The notes under the pieces: generated by a model
What the model was told of the DNA's origin: nothing
The model's database searches: none
What the model saw: only the letters and a program-made list of their open reading frames with translations
Made by a program: the position numbers and the translations under genes
From: a virus
Length of the DNA: 64,000 nucleotides
Virus record (IMG/VR): IMGVR_UViG_3300020420_000012
Span: 17,636 to 81,635 of that record
Strand: one strand, 5' to 3'
In this document: positions 28,729 to 39,075 of the stretch, in pieces
How positions within the stretch are numbered: the first letter of the stretch is position 1
Layout: the number at the start of each line of letters is the position of its first letter

Positions 28729-29524
28729 AATTATCTTCTATGTATTTTCTAAATCTTTTTAGTAATACTGGAAACTTATCTTTCTTTCTACGTTTATCAT
28801 GCATAGTAGTAGTTTTTAATCTTGGCCCCATTGCTGTCGTGGCAGGATTTGGTATTGATGCTGTGTTTGTTGATGGCACATCTTCACTTCTTTGTGCTGA
28901 TTTTAATGCATCTGCGGTAGGCGCACCTTTTTCACCTTTCTTACGCATACGTTCACCACGTTTACGTTTCATATGAATATTGTGCCATAGTCCTTTTGAT
29001 TTTTCTTCTAATGATTCTTTTTGCATAGCTTTTGTTTTCTTCTTCATTTTGTTTATAAAAGCTCTATATACTGCAGCTGGACCAGGTTTGCCCATAACTC
29101 TCGCTCTTTGTTCCATTGCAATTGCTGCTTGTATCTGGTGAGCATGTTTTTTACCAGAATTTTTAATTTTAGATACTGATGCTTTTGCATCATCTACTGT
29201 TGCAAACTTCAAACCGTGAATCGTACCTTTTGGATTCTCATCTGTATATAAGTCACTGTGTTTATCTGAATTAGCTGGCTGTCCTTTTTTTCTTGGTATT
29301 CTTTTTGTAGCTTCAAACATATCTGTACTTGGACTCTTACCAGATTGTTTAACTACTTTTAAATCATCTCCTACCAGTGGTGAATATTTTTCTGCAGCTT
29401 TCTTTGCACGTGCTTCTGAACTGTGCATACTAAAGGTATACCTTGACTTTGGAGCGTTAGGGTTAACTACGACATGAGTGTAAGCTTTGATCTTACTGCC
29501 TTTTTGTCTACCTGCATATCTCAC
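28721..29524 (-). CDS. Basic, putative internal virion protein
   Basis: Lys-rich modules separated by FE/LEE-type sites; HSDLYTDENPKGTIHGL domain. Confidence 0.5.
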   Translation of the reverse strand: MRYAGRQKGSKIKAYTHVVVNPNAPKSRYTFSMHSSEARAKKAAEKYSPLVGDDLKVVKQSGKSPSTDMFEATKRIPRKKGQPANSDKHSDLYTDENPKGTIHGLKFATVDDAKASVSKIKNSGKKHAHQIQAAIAMEQRARVMGKPGPAAVYRAFINKMKKKTKAMQKESLEEKSKGLWHNIHMKRKRGERMRKKGEKGAPTADALKSAQRSEDVPSTNTASIPNPATTAMGPRLKTTTMHDKRRKKDKFPVLLKRFRKYIEDNYG

Positions 29525-30108
29525 TTAACTAACTCGCTTGCTGTTACAAATATTTTCTTGTCAGTATTAATGTGTGTTATTTCGTATATGTCAACGCCAA
29601 ACAAGTCACCTACTGGAAAGCAGTGATCTTCAACAAGTACTTGGTCTTTAGCCCAAACCATTTCATCACAACTTATATTTAAAAGTTTTGGATTTATTAC
29701 TTTATATCTACCGGGTGTTAGTTGTTTGTTATTTAATAAAAACCATTCATTTTTTTCATTTAAAAAATCTAATACTTCGATATTACATTTTTCGCAAATA
29801 TCTTTTATTCCTTTTTCGCTAATTCCAAATTTTTCTTTGATAAGATAGAGCGCTGACGCAAAAGATCCGAGTTTGCTTCCACCTCCTGGAACTTTTGCAA
29901 TGAGCCTTTTAATGTTAGCGGCAAGACGAACAAAAGGAGTATAAGCAGACTTCTTTTCATCGGTGTCAATTTTCACGTTCCTATTTCTCTTTCCGTTTTC
30001 ATCGATAATACCTTCTTTATAGGCATCCCAATCTTTCCAATCCATAACCATCATTCTTATGAACCGAAATGCATAAGTTAAATCTACTGCTCTTTTAACT
30101 AATCCCAT
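29521..30108 (-). CDS. Hypothetical T4-like phage protein
   Basis: W.AYKEGIIDENG...YTPF.RL..NIKR motif. Confidence 0.6.
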   Translation of the reverse strand: MGLVKRAVDLTYAFRFIRMMVMDWKDWDAYKEGIIDENGKRNRNVKIDTDEKKSAYTPFVRLAANIKRLIAKVPGGGSKLGSFASALYLIKEKFGISEKGIKDICEKCNIEVLDFLNEKNEWFLLNNKQLTPGRYKVINPKLLNISCDEMVWAKDQVLVEDHCFPVGDLFGVDIYEITHINTDKKIFVTASELVK

Positions 30109-30469
30109 TTAATTTCCTTAACTTATTTACGACTGTTGGATCCATTGTAATTCCAGTATATTGATCATTTTTAATATATCTTAAAAACACTAAAAAAGGT
30201 TTTACAACTGGCCAATGTTTATCCTCAAGTTTGAGATCAAGTATATTTAAAGCAGCCTTTATACCAAACATATTAAAAACTACAATAAAATGATTAAGTA
30301 ATAACCTGTCTGCCAAATCATCAGTTTCAAGGTATCTATTCAAGAGTCTTTTAATATATTTAAATCTTTTTAAATCTTCATAAAACTCTTCGATATCAGA
30401 GTAAGTCGGATTTTTATAATTTTGAGCCGCGTAAAGAAGTAAATTTTTCTCATTAAGTTTTCTTAACAT
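30095..30469 (-). CDS. Hypothetical T4-like phage protein
   Basis: YAAQNY.NP...EFYEDLKRFKYIKRLL...RLLLNH..V.FN.FG. Confidence 0.65.
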   Translation of the reverse strand: MLRKLNEKNLLLYAAQNYKNPTYSDIEEFYEDLKRFKYIKRLLNRYLETDDLADRLLLNHFIVVFNMFGIKAALNILDLKLEDKHWPVVKPFLVFLRYIKNDQYTGITMDPTVVNKLRKLNGIS

Positions 30470-30487
30470 AAAATTATATATTAAGAA

Positions 30488-30817
30488 TTAAATTACTTCT
30501 TTCAACTCCTCAATCAAATCAGCCTTATTTTTTCTTCTATCAAGTTCAATACCGTGTTCTCTGCCAAGAGCTTCAAGTTCAATCTTTGTCATACCTTCAA
30601 GATCATCATCATCCATTAGTTCAGCTTCAGCTTCCTCTGCAGTTGTCGGTGACTCTTTTAGTACCTTAACTTCTGCCTTGGTTTCAACGTTTAAGTACTC
30701 ATCAATCTGTGTTTGTGATATTGGTCTTGATACTAACAATTCATTAGTTCTTGGATCTCTCCAACCTTGAGGTGTAGGTATCGCATCTTTTTTAAAATTT
30801 GGTGGTGTTATTGCCAT
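30488..30817 (-). CDS. Protein with a C-terminal Rho-N/HeH-like motif
   Basis: MTKIELEALGREHGIELDRRKNKADLIEEL. Confidence 0.55.
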   Translation of the reverse strand: MAITPPNFKKDAIPTPQGWRDPRTNELLVSRPISQTQIDEYLNVETKAEVKVLKESPTTAEEAEAELMDDDDLEGMTKIELEALGREHGIELDRRKNKADLIEELKEVI

Positions 30818-30819
30818 AA

Positions 30820-31998
30820 TTATTTTCCTTTTGTTACTTGTTCTATTGCATCAAGTAAAGTATTAGAAACTTTATTTCCTGATATTCCATAGTCTTCTTT
30901 TTTCATTGATGGCTTTTTTGGAAACATCTTCATAGATGGTTTATCAATTGCCTTGAATCTACCAGCGTCTTTAGTATTATCATGAGCTTCGGTACTTTGC
31001 TTGTGAGCTGCATCTGCTGCAGACTTATATTGTTTTGAATCACCGCCGTGTTTTTTATGTGCATCGTGTGCAACCTTATGCAATCTTTCAGCCTCATCAT
31101 GAGCATTTGCGGCATAGTCATGTGCAGAACTATCGCTATTACCTGCCTCAGTTGAGTGTCTTTCACCATGATGTCCATGAGCGGCTGCCATTGATTTATG
31201 ATAAGCCTGATCTTCATTGACTGTTGATTCTGCAGTTTGCATCTTTGCTGATGGATCTTTTACTGGTGTTGCGCTAGGCTTTACTGTAAGATCACCTTTA
31301 TTTTGATCGCCTTTTCTTAACTTCTTACCAGGTGCACTTTTCTTGATAGCGTCTGCAGTATCTTTTGCAGCTTTCATTCCATCTGCTTCAACACTCTTTG
31401 GTGTATTAAGCATATCCATTGCGCCCTTTGATGACATTGACTTCATATGCATCGGCTCTGGTTCTGTGGCACCTTTATAGTGTGCAGCTCTATCGCCTTC
31501 AAACAGTGACATTAATTTTTCTCTAAAAGTCATTGTACTCTCTTTCTTTACTGATTCTTTTTTAGCCATGTCGTGATAATGGTCTTTATGTTTGTTATCA
31601 GTTCTGCTATACTGAGGTAACTTATCATAATCATGACCGTCTTTCTTAGCAAGTTCTTTTGCTTTTTGCAAATGAAAATAACTCTTATCACCTGCTGTTT
31701 TTCCTACTGATTCTTTTTTCTCTTTTTTCTTAACTCTTTCACCTGTCGAATAATGATAATCATCAGCTTCTTTCTGATCTGCGATCTTATTTGCTAAATC
31801 TTTCTTCATAGTAACCGGATGGGTCTTCCCACCAAAGTTAAAAGATTTCTTTCCTTTTTTAGCTGCATCTGCTGCTGCACCATGAAAAGCAGTTCTTTCG
31901 TTTGCTGGAATATCTTCAGGTATATGATACTTAAATGATTCGCTTAGGCCCTGTTTATTTGGCCCGTGATCACTAAATGGATTTTCTGTTAAAAACAT
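30820..31998 (-). CDS. Lys/His-rich putative internal virion polyprotein
   Basis: Start moved to MFLTEN (GGAG upstream); repeated KKE/VNE sites; His-rich helical segment. Confidence 0.55.
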   Translation of the reverse strand: MFLTENPFSDHGPNKQGLSESFKYHIPEDIPANERTAFHGAAADAAKKGKKSFNFGGKTHPVTMKKDLANKIADQKEADDYHYSTGERVKKKEKKESVGKTAGDKSYFHLQKAKELAKKDGHDYDKLPQYSRTDNKHKDHYHDMAKKESVKKESTMTFREKLMSLFEGDRAAHYKGATEPEPMHMKSMSSKGAMDMLNTPKSVEADGMKAAKDTADAIKKSAPGKKLRKGDQNKGDLTVKPSATPVKDPSAKMQTAESTVNEDQAYHKSMAAAHGHHGERHSTEAGNSDSSAHDYAANAHDEAERLHKVAHDAHKKHGGDSKQYKSAADAAHKQSTEAHDNTKDAGRFKAIDKPSMKMFPKKPSMKKEDYGISGNKVSNTLLDAIEQVTKGK

Positions 31999-32009
31999 TT
32001 TTTTTCTCC

Positions 32010-32339
32010 TTACATCCACATATGGGCCACGTAGGCACCTACCGCTGCAACCACTGCAGCGTATACAATCTTATTTATAATACTTACGGTTCTTGAATTA
32101 TCATCGACAGCTTTCTGTATCTCGTCTAATTTTACTGAAAGCTTGTTCATACGTTCTCTCATATTCTCATGATCGTCTTGTAATGCTATGATTTTCTCCT
32201 CTGCTCGAGCCAAAGAGATCATAGCGTCTGCAAGTTTATCAATCTTAGTTTCGATTCTATCTAATCGTGATTCAGTTGTCTCATTTTGAGCCATCTTACT
32301 GTAATCCTTTAATATTTGTTCTATGAGGTCTTTGTCCAT
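32010..32339 (-). CDS. Coiled-coil protein with C-terminal TM segment
   Basis: RLDRIETKIDKLADAMISLARAEEKI... followed by a hydrophobic tail. Confidence 0.6.
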   Translation of the reverse strand: MDKDLIEQILKDYSKMAQNETTESRLDRIETKIDKLADAMISLARAEEKIIALQDDHENMRERMNKLSVKLDEIQKAVDDNSRTVSIINKIVYAAVVAAVGAYVAHMWM

Positions 32340-32414
32340 AAATATATTTATTGCTCGTCAAAAAATTGACACCTACAATAATTTGTCTATAATTAACTGT
32401 CAGATTCTTGACAC

Positions 32415-32558
32415 TCATCTACTTTTTCCTTGTCCTCTATACTTTTTAAAACTTCTTCTTTTATGTTTATTCATAGTTGAAGTTATTGGTTTTCGTCCAA
32501 TTGTTGTACCATGTTTTTTTGGTTCATGAACTGTTACTGAACGAAACAACTTTGCCAT
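32415..32558 (-). CDS. Small basic protein (47 aa)
   Basis: Hand translation MAKLFRS...MNKHKRRSFKKYRGQGKSR; coupled to the upstream stop. Confidence 0.55.
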   Translation of the reverse strand: MAKLFRSVTVHEPKKHGTTIGRKPITSTMNKHKRRSFKKYRGQGKSR

Positions 32559-32722
32559 TACTCAGCTTTCCATATTGTCCATATACCATAAGCGATCGCT
32601 ATACCTGCTGCAATTTTAGCTAATGGCGATAGAAATAAAATCATAAGACCAAGAGCAATACACACTGCTCCGTCCATAGATGTTCTTTCTTTAATTCTAT
32701 TGTTAATCCATTTTTTAATCAT
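32558..32722 (-). CDS. Small two-TM membrane protein
   Basis: MIKKWINNRIKERTSMDG followed by two hydrophobic helices; start adjusted from the ORF track. Confidence 0.5.
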   Translation of the reverse strand: MIKKWINNRIKERTSMDGAVCIALGLMILFLSPLAKIAAGIAIAYGIWTIWKAE

Positions 32723-33027
32723 TAGCAATTCCATCTCCTTCTTGCTTGTCTTAATCTGCTGTTTGGATCTTTTGCTGCTTTTGGAAACTTTTTCATTTGT
32801 CCTGCACTTCTTGCACAATAACTTTTTCTTCTATTAGCAGCTTTTGAACCTTTTTTTAACTTAGATGGTTCTGTAGTTACAGCAGTTTTTAAATTTCCAC
32901 CTGTCTTTCTATTTACAGCATCGACACCTTTCTGTGTCATACCTGCGCCTTTATCAGTTGCACGAAAATGACCTTTAGAGTCTTTACCTTTTTCTTCAAT
33001 AAAAGTTTTAAATCTAACCAAACTCAT
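32722..33027 (-). CDS. Basic phage protein (DUF6321-like) with a capsid-targeting-like N-terminus
   Basis: RFKTFIEE; RRKSYCARSAG...DPNSRL..ARRRWNC. Confidence 0.6.
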   Translation of the reverse strand: MSLVRFKTFIEEKGKDSKGHFRATDKGAGMTQKGVDAVNRKTGGNLKTAVTTEPSKLKKGSKAANRRKSYCARSAGQMKKFPKAAKDPNSRLRQARRRWNC

Positions 33028-34057
33028 GTCCAGCTATCCTTTTCATTTGTGCGTTGAACTCACCTTGGCCCGGCTTCTTCTTATAAAGTTTCTTTGTAAG
33101 GCTACTGTCTTTTTTACCTTTTATTCTGTACTTAAATCCTTTTGCTTTATGTTCTGGATCTGTAGTTTTTACCAATCTTCTTTTATATTGTGCTTCATAA
33201 GATTCTGGACCTTTTGGCGCATCAGTACCTTCGTTTTGACCGGGTGTTTGTTTCTTCATTAGTTTTACAGATTCAGGTGTACCGTAATCATATTTGTATT
33301 CGGCAACTTCTCTACCTTGTGCTTTTTGTCTAAATGCTTTTCTTTTTTTTGCAGTAGTAGTTCTTTCAACATCTTGTATTAGAGAAGGCTGTTTAACGAT
33401 CTTTCTTAATTTTTGTAACAATGAACCAGGTGTTTTATCATCCATATACATATCAGGTAATCCTGCAATAGAAACTTTATAGCTTCCTTCATTTTTCATA
33501 TTAAGAGCTCTTTTAATAAGTTCCTTTTTAGTATCGTCACGCTTAGCCACTGTAGTAAGTATATTTGCTTTTCTTTCAATCTCTTTTGCACGCTTACCAG
33601 TAGTTCTAAACATATCAGGCATAGCTTTTCTATTTGGTCCTACAAGTGCTCTTTGCAATTTTGCTTTTGTCTTTAACTTCATTGATAACTCGTTAACGTC
33701 ATCCATCACTGGTCTTTTAAAGCCATGTTTTGATAACACGTCATCTTTATTATGTTTATCAAATGCTGATTGAGCCTTCTTAATGTTTTTCTTTTGTATT
33801 ACTTTTTTTCTAAGCTTTGCAAAAGTTGGTTTATCTCTATCTAACTCAGGTTTACTACCGTCTCTATTATTTTGACCAAAAAGTTTTAAAGTACTACCTG
33901 CAAACTTTGCTTCTTGTGGTCCACGCTTGGCGTCAAGGTATGCAGCAACAGCCATTTGTTGACGTTTCTTTTTACTCTTACCTTTAAACTGCGGTGCCTT
34001 TGACTTTTTAAAGTCTTTAATGTAGGAACCTATTCCATCTTTTGGATCTAATGGCAT
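33014..34057 (-). CDS. Basic putative internal virion polyprotein
   Basis: IKDFKKSKAPQFKGKS...MAVAAY module; internal VNE/KNE/VAE/QNE sites. Confidence 0.55.
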   Translation of the reverse strand: MPLDPKDGIGSYIKDFKKSKAPQFKGKSKKKRQQMAVAAYLDAKRGPQEAKFAGSTLKLFGQNNRDGSKPELDRDKPTFAKLRKKVIQKKNIKKAQSAFDKHNKDDVLSKHGFKRPVMDDVNELSMKLKTKAKLQRALVGPNRKAMPDMFRTTGKRAKEIERKANILTTVAKRDDTKKELIKRALNMKNEGSYKVSIAGLPDMYMDDKTPGSLLQKLRKIVKQPSLIQDVERTTTAKKRKAFRQKAQGREVAEYKYDYGTPESVKLMKKQTPGQNEGTDAPKGPESYEAQYKRRLVKTTDPEHKAKGFKYRIKGKKDSSLTKKLYKKKPGQGEFNAQMKRIAGHEFG

Positions 34058-34058
34058 A

Positions 34059-34280
34059 TTACTTTGCTTTCATTGCTGTTTGCATGGCTTTGATGAGATT
34101 ATTCATATCCTTTGAAAGAACTTGAATATATCTACCTCTTTCACCATAATTGATTTGATAACCTATACCACCTTTAAGGCGTGTTTTTGTGATTTGTATT
34201 CCAAACTTATCATAAACGTCTTCGCCTTCTTCAATCTTTTCAGGCTGTAATACTTCAAAAATAGCTTTTCTTAAACTCAT
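34059..34280 (-). CDS. Hypothetical protein
   Basis: Coupled ORF with MSLRKAIFE N-terminus. Confidence 0.5.
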   Translation of the reverse strand: MSLRKAIFEVLQPEKIEEGEDVYDKFGIQITKTRLKGGIGYQINYGERGRYIQVLSKDMNNLIKAMQTAMKAK

Positions 34281-35077
34281 TTCATACTCCCTACTTTTTT
34301 ACGAGTACCAAACGCTTTAGTATCGCCTTTATCCATCATACCTTTCATACCGGCTGCTGGATCAGACTTACCGTGATAGCCTTGTGCATACCCTGGTTTT
34401 AGTTTTTTAATCTTTCCGCCTTTAGCTTTGAAAGCATCAATTGCTTTTTGATGTGCTGCTTTCTCTGCATCAGACATAGCTTCTTTTTTTGAAAGTCTGT
34501 TTGTAGCTCTATCAATGCCACGTACTCTCATCGATGCTTTTCTCTCAGGACCTTTTTGATAATCTTGGTCAGGATGCGTACCACCAAGTTTGCTAATAGC
34601 ATCTTGTCTTTCATCATCTCTACCTTTTTGAAATACATCTCTTGCAGCTTTACTTATGTAATTCTTTGCTAGCTTTTTTGAGATCTCATTTACACTATTC
34701 ATTAAATCATTTGTTACAGCTTCATTATTTTTTTTCTTCTTACCTCTTTCGGCCATAGATGCATGCGCTGCTTTTTGCTGAGCGTAAGATACGTAACCTT
34801 CTTTCTTATCTTTCTTCTTCTTACCTTTGCCGCTAAGATCAGAATCAGCACCGTAGTAAGTACCTTTACCTTTTGTGATATAAGAATTGACTCGAGCCAT
34901 TCCCCATTGTTGTGGTGTAGTGCCTGGTCTATGACCAGTTCTCCAAGCCGCCATTCCTCTATTATACACCTTCTTTAATGTACCGAGAGATATACCCGAC
35001 TTAGCTGCTTTTTTCTTTAAGCCTTCGTTTTCAAGTAACTCATCGAAGGATTCTGAATAAGATGAAAATTTAAGCAT
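34277..35077 (-). CDS. Basic protein with a DUF5824-like domain
   Basis: LKKVYNRGMAAWRTGHRPGTTPQQWGMARVNSY. Confidence 0.6.
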   Translation of the reverse strand: MLKFSSYSESFDELLENEGLKKKAAKSGISLGTLKKVYNRGMAAWRTGHRPGTTPQQWGMARVNSYITKGKGTYYGADSDLSGKGKKKKDKKEGYVSYAQQKAAHASMAERGKKKKNNEAVTNDLMNSVNEISKKLAKNYISKAARDVFQKGRDDERQDAISKLGGTHPDQDYQKGPERKASMRVRGIDRATNRLSKKEAMSDAEKAAHQKAIDAFKAKGGKIKKLKPGYAQGYHGKSDPAAGMKGMMDKGDTKAFGTRKKVGSMK

Positions 35078-36254
35078 CTTGTTTACTCCTGTTTTTTATT
35101 TTTCTTACTTTAGCGCGATCTAACATTCGAGCATGTTTTATTTTATCGACCATTTTTTCACGTTCAATTTTTTTCTTAGCAAGTTGAACAGCATCCTCAC
35201 CAAACATCTTTCGATATTTAAGTGTATGTTTGCTTGGTTTTGTTTTTGCTTTCGCGTCGCCTGGTGCTTTTTTATAAGCAGCAGGATTATCATCATCCAT
35301 TTTTGCATGTTTTCTAAAGTGTGCTAACCTCTTCTTCTTAGTAGCTTTCTCTAGTCCTTTATAATAAGGTGCAGGCTGAGAGCCTTTTTTATCTTTTATA
35401 TCTTTGTCTTGTCTTACTCTATCTTTAAAATCTTTTTCTACTAACTCTATAGCATCAAGCCATTTTCGATAAAGTTTATCACCTGACTCAATAATGACAT
35501 AATTACTTCCAAGCTTGGTAACATGACCCAACTCGTCAGTCCCCAAGATAGCAACACAATCACCAATACTATACAGATTTCCCTTAACATATTTCTCCCT
35601 CGTTTCTGAGACGGGGTCGAGGTTTATTTTGTTATAATATTCTTTCTGTTGTTTAAGGCCCATGCCTTTTCTCACTTCGTTATAAACTCTTTTTGCATCT
35701 GAGTTTGATACGTTTCTTGGTAATCCCTGAGAAAATTGTGTAAAGTCACCATCACTTGCAATCTTTCTCATTTTTGAAGCTGACATTCCAGAGACATCAT
35801 CAGCATCAGGGTCCCTCTCCCCGGCTGACACGACATTAATTTTATTAAAATTATAAAGTCCGTGTCTACTTTTAACTCCATTATACTTGTTTAAGAGCGT
35901 TTTAAATTCATTAACTCTATCAGAACCAACTACCATATTAATATTTTTATAACCTTCATTATTTAATTTAGTCATTGCATCAAAAACCGTCTTGACTTTC
36001 TTATCAAGAATTACTTGTCTTGCATGCTTAGGAAAAAATCTTCTAACAGTTTTAACTTTGAAATTATAATCCAACGGATTTTTTTTGTTGTCAGTACTTT
36101 GTGTTAAATAAACTCTATAAGGATTCTTTCCAGACTTCTTAGATAGTTCATTCATCAATTTTTCATGACCAGATGTTGGAGGATTCATACGACCAAAAGT
36201 AAAATATATGGTCTTGTCTTCCTCAATCAAAAATGATTTAAATGAATTTATCAT
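35070..36254 (-). CDS. Cytidylyltransferase-like (T/HxGH) nucleotidyltransferase with a basic C-terminal extension
   Basis: FTFGRMNPPTSGHEKL...VVGSDRV...MSASKMR. Confidence 0.8.
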   Translation of the reverse strand: MINSFKSFLIEEDKTIYFTFGRMNPPTSGHEKLMNELSKKSGKNPYRVYLTQSTDNKKNPLDYNFKVKTVRRFFPKHARQVILDKKVKTVFDAMTKLNNEGYKNINMVVGSDRVNEFKTLLNKYNGVKSRHGLYNFNKINVVSAGERDPDADDVSGMSASKMRKIASDGDFTQFSQGLPRNVSNSDAKRVYNEVRKGMGLKQQKEYYNKINLDPVSETREKYVKGNLYSIGDCVAILGTDELGHVTKLGSNYVIIESGDKLYRKWLDAIELVEKDFKDRVRQDKDIKDKKGSQPAPYYKGLEKATKKKRLAHFRKHAKMDDDNPAAYKKAPGDAKAKTKPSKHTLKYRKMFGEDAVQLAKKKIEREKMVDKIKHARMLDRAKVRKIKNRSKQDA

Positions 36255-37849
36255 TAACCTTTCTTTCTTTGTACTTCTGCTTTTCTTACGTCTTTAAATA
36301 TTCTTTTTGCTATTCTTTGAATTCTACTTTTTAAGGCAGGCTTATCAAGTCTCTTTTCTATCTCTTGTTTTCTTGCAAATGTAAGTTCTCTTTTTGGTAT
36401 TCCTCTTGTTAACTTTTTTGCAATTTGATTACGAGCCTGTCTCATTGCTCTTTTCTCGAGAGTCTTCTTATTAGCCATTTTTCTTTTGGCTCTATCTCGA
36501 CCTATCTTGATTCTTGCTTTAAGTCGTTTCATTAAACGACCACGTTTCATTCTTTGCTGTAATGTTAGTGCTTCTTCAACGTTTTTTTCTTCGTTTGTTT
36601 CTGCATGTTTTTTGTACATGTTTTGCACGATATCACTATGATGTTCATCAGGATATTTCTTTTTTACAGCTTTCATAAATGCACTTGTATTTCCTTTATA
36701 TTTTTTATCCTTGGACATGTCACTTATGTTTTTCTTAACCATAGGATTAACTAGTGCAGTTTTTCGTCTAAAAGCTGTACTTGTAACTCTTGCTTCATCA
36801 ACATCTTCTTTCTTTGCAGCTGCTTTCTTAGCTTCTTTTTCTTTTCTTTTCTGTATATTTAAAGGATGAAGTGGATGTTTCATGCCGTATTTAGTTTTGC
36901 CATGATACGGATCTTTTTTTGTTGGTCTTCCTCTTAGATCCATAGGATCAATCATTTCATTAACTTCTTCTTTATGAATATCCATTCTTGTTCCTGATGG
37001 AGTCTTAACATAATTCTTTACTTTATAACCATGCTTCTTTGCAAAGTCTTGTCCGTCTTTCTCTTTGTGATAACTCTTCATGTGTAAGTGTAAATGTTTA
37101 TCATCTGGCTTTTTAATCATACTTGGAATTTTTTTAACACTCATACTTCCATCAGAGTGTGTTTGAGCATCGCGATGTGCATCACTATGGTTTATGGCTT
37201 CTTTAGGGTACATTTTGAATACTTTAGCACGAGCTTTGTCTATATATTTTTTTCTATTCATCATGTAGTCTCTTGGATTCTTTGCGAGAGTTCTGGCGTG
37301 TTTGACAATATCCATAGCACTCTTCGGTTTAAGAACTGAAGCTTCATTCTTTGCTTTGTCTAACTCTTCTCTAGTTGGAATTCTTCTTTTAGGAAGACTG
37401 GAAACTGGTCCACGGTGTGTCAATGTGATATCACCTTTGACACCTTTTTTTCTAAGTTGTTTCATAGCATCGTCTGGATTTTTAGCATGAACGTTGCCTG
37501 CCATGCTTTTGTGACCGATCCTATAAGCCTGCATTTCTTCTTTCTTAATAACTTCTTTATCAGTTGGTACCATTCTAATTCTTGTCTTACCGTCCGGACC
37601 AATATATTTTTCTGGTTTTTTATCCGCTGAATGCGTGCTGTCATTCATCTTTGCAAAAGCTGCCTTTCGATTTGCATCGCTTTTAAATCCAGCACTTAAA
37701 TCATCTTTGGCTTTGGTAATAACTTTCTTACGCATAAACTTACTTACGCCTTTTTTACCTTTAACTGGTACTTTTAAGTTTGGAAGTTTCTTGTCCGACT
37801 TCATAGACAGTTCGTTGACTAAGTCGAAAAAAGATTTCATTTGGGTCAT
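36254..37849 (-). CDS. Very basic putative internal virion polyprotein
   Basis: MKSFFDLVNE N-terminus; many xxE-delimited Lys/Arg-rich modules. Confidence 0.55.
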   Translation of the reverse strand: MTQMKSFFDLVNELSMKSDKKLPNLKVPVKGKKGVSKFMRKKVITKAKDDLSAGFKSDANRKAAFAKMNDSTHSADKKPEKYIGPDGKTRIRMVPTDKEVIKKEEMQAYRIGHKSMAGNVHAKNPDDAMKQLRKKGVKGDITLTHRGPVSSLPKRRIPTREELDKAKNEASVLKPKSAMDIVKHARTLAKNPRDYMMNRKKYIDKARAKVFKMYPKEAINHSDAHRDAQTHSDGSMSVKKIPSMIKKPDDKHLHLHMKSYHKEKDGQDFAKKHGYKVKNYVKTPSGTRMDIHKEEVNEMIDPMDLRGRPTKKDPYHGKTKYGMKHPLHPLNIQKRKEKEAKKAAAKKEDVDEARVTSTAFRRKTALVNPMVKKNISDMSKDKKYKGNTSAFMKAVKKKYPDEHHSDIVQNMYKKHAETNEEKNVEEALTLQQRMKRGRLMKRLKARIKIGRDRAKRKMANKKTLEKRAMRQARNQIAKKLTRGIPKRELTFARKQEIEKRLDKPALKSRIQRIAKRIFKDVRKAEVQRKKG

Positions 37850-37850
37850 A

Positions 37851-39074
37851 CTAGTTCCTCCCTGGTTTGTCCCATCCTTTTAATATATCTGGTGAAAAGT
37901 TTGCGTATGAGAACTCCATACGGTCCACAATTTTCACTGCATCACCACCAAGTTTGTCAATAGCAACGTATCCTTCTTGACCTGTAGTTTGATAACCATT
38001 TCTTGTCTTTAAGAACGTTTTAGTGCTATTTAACTTATTAAGTATATTTATAAGTTTTAACTTCGCTAGAACAATAACTTTTTGCATCTCAAACATCATA
38101 GTAAGACTTGTTTTGTTTTGCGGTGAAAAGAATTTTAATAATTCATCAAGTTTCTTTTGTTGTCCGGCTTTACCTTTTTCAGTTTTTCTTTTATCTATTT
38201 CTTTCTGATACTTTTGTTGAATGTACTTTATCAATTTTTCAACGTGGGCTTTGGTGTTACCAATGACTTGGCCCTTTCGTACAAACGTATTATTAAACGT
38301 TTCAATAGTTTGAGCAAGGTTTTGATTAGCTTCGAGAGTACGTAAGGTAGTACCAGAAATTTTATTAAATATCCTGCCAGCATTACTAAGATGTGCATTA
38401 ACTTCCTCCGTATCTTTTTTAGTCATAGTGAATCGAGTCATGTCTCTTAACATAGCGTCTTGTGACCAAACGTCTTTTGATTTAAAGTTAGAAGTGTTTA
38501 CACCGTAAGAAGCTTTCATGTCTTCAAATTTTCTACCAGTGTAAGTTGTATGCCAAACAACACCGATCTTTGCGGCCCTCGCCTTCTTTGCTGCTTCTGT
38601 GTTTGTTGGTATAGCATACATTATTGTATTTGGATGGAACGTAAGATATGGTTTGCCTTTTATCTTTTTTGTTTTTAAATCACCAGGTCCAAACAAAAAG
38701 TCTCCTTGTATTACGCCCTTAATACCAATATTTGGTAGGTATTTAAGTGCTGCTTTTAATTTTGCATTGAGATCACCAGAAGTATCGTCATCAATATCAT
38801 TGTTAGATTTATATACCTTTGGAGTGGCATTGAAAATTCCTTTCTTTGCAACAAAAAATGCACCGTCACGAGGATCAGTACCGGCAAAAACAGCTGGAGC
38901 TCCATCCCATTTGACGCTAACGTTTCCATCTTTGACACCTCCTAACATATCTCTGAGAGAACGAAGAGCAAGTATCGCTTGTCGAGTACCATCGACACCA
39001 CCATAGAGAACTTTATCCTCAATGTGAGTCATATGAGTATTCTTTTGTTCTGATATAAATTCTTTAAAGTTCAT
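37851..39074 (-). CDS. DUF6267-like protein with a ligase/nucleotidyltransferase KxDG motif
   Basis: KNTHMTHIED...VSVKWDGAPA...QGDFLF...EGYVA...VKIVDR.EFS. Confidence 0.7.
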   Translation of the reverse strand: MNFKEFISEQKNTHMTHIEDKVLYGGVDGTRQAILALRSLRDMLGGVKDGNVSVKWDGAPAVFAGTDPRDGAFFVAKKGIFNATPKVYKSNNDIDDDTSGDLNAKLKAALKYLPNIGIKGVIQGDFLFGPGDLKTKKIKGKPYLTFHPNTIMYAIPTNTEAAKKARAAKIGVVWHTTYTGRKFEDMKASYGVNTSNFKSKDVWSQDAMLRDMTRFTMTKKDTEEVNAHLSNAGRIFNKISGTTLRTLEANQNLAQTIETFNNTFVRKGQVIGNTKAHVEKLIKYIQQKYQKEIDKRKTEKGKAGQQKKLDELLKFFSPQNKTSLTMMFEMQKVIVLAKLKLINILNKLNSTKTFLKTRNGYQTTGQEGYVAIDKLGGDAVKIVDRMEFSYANFSPDILKGWDKPGRN

Positions 39075-39075
39075 T

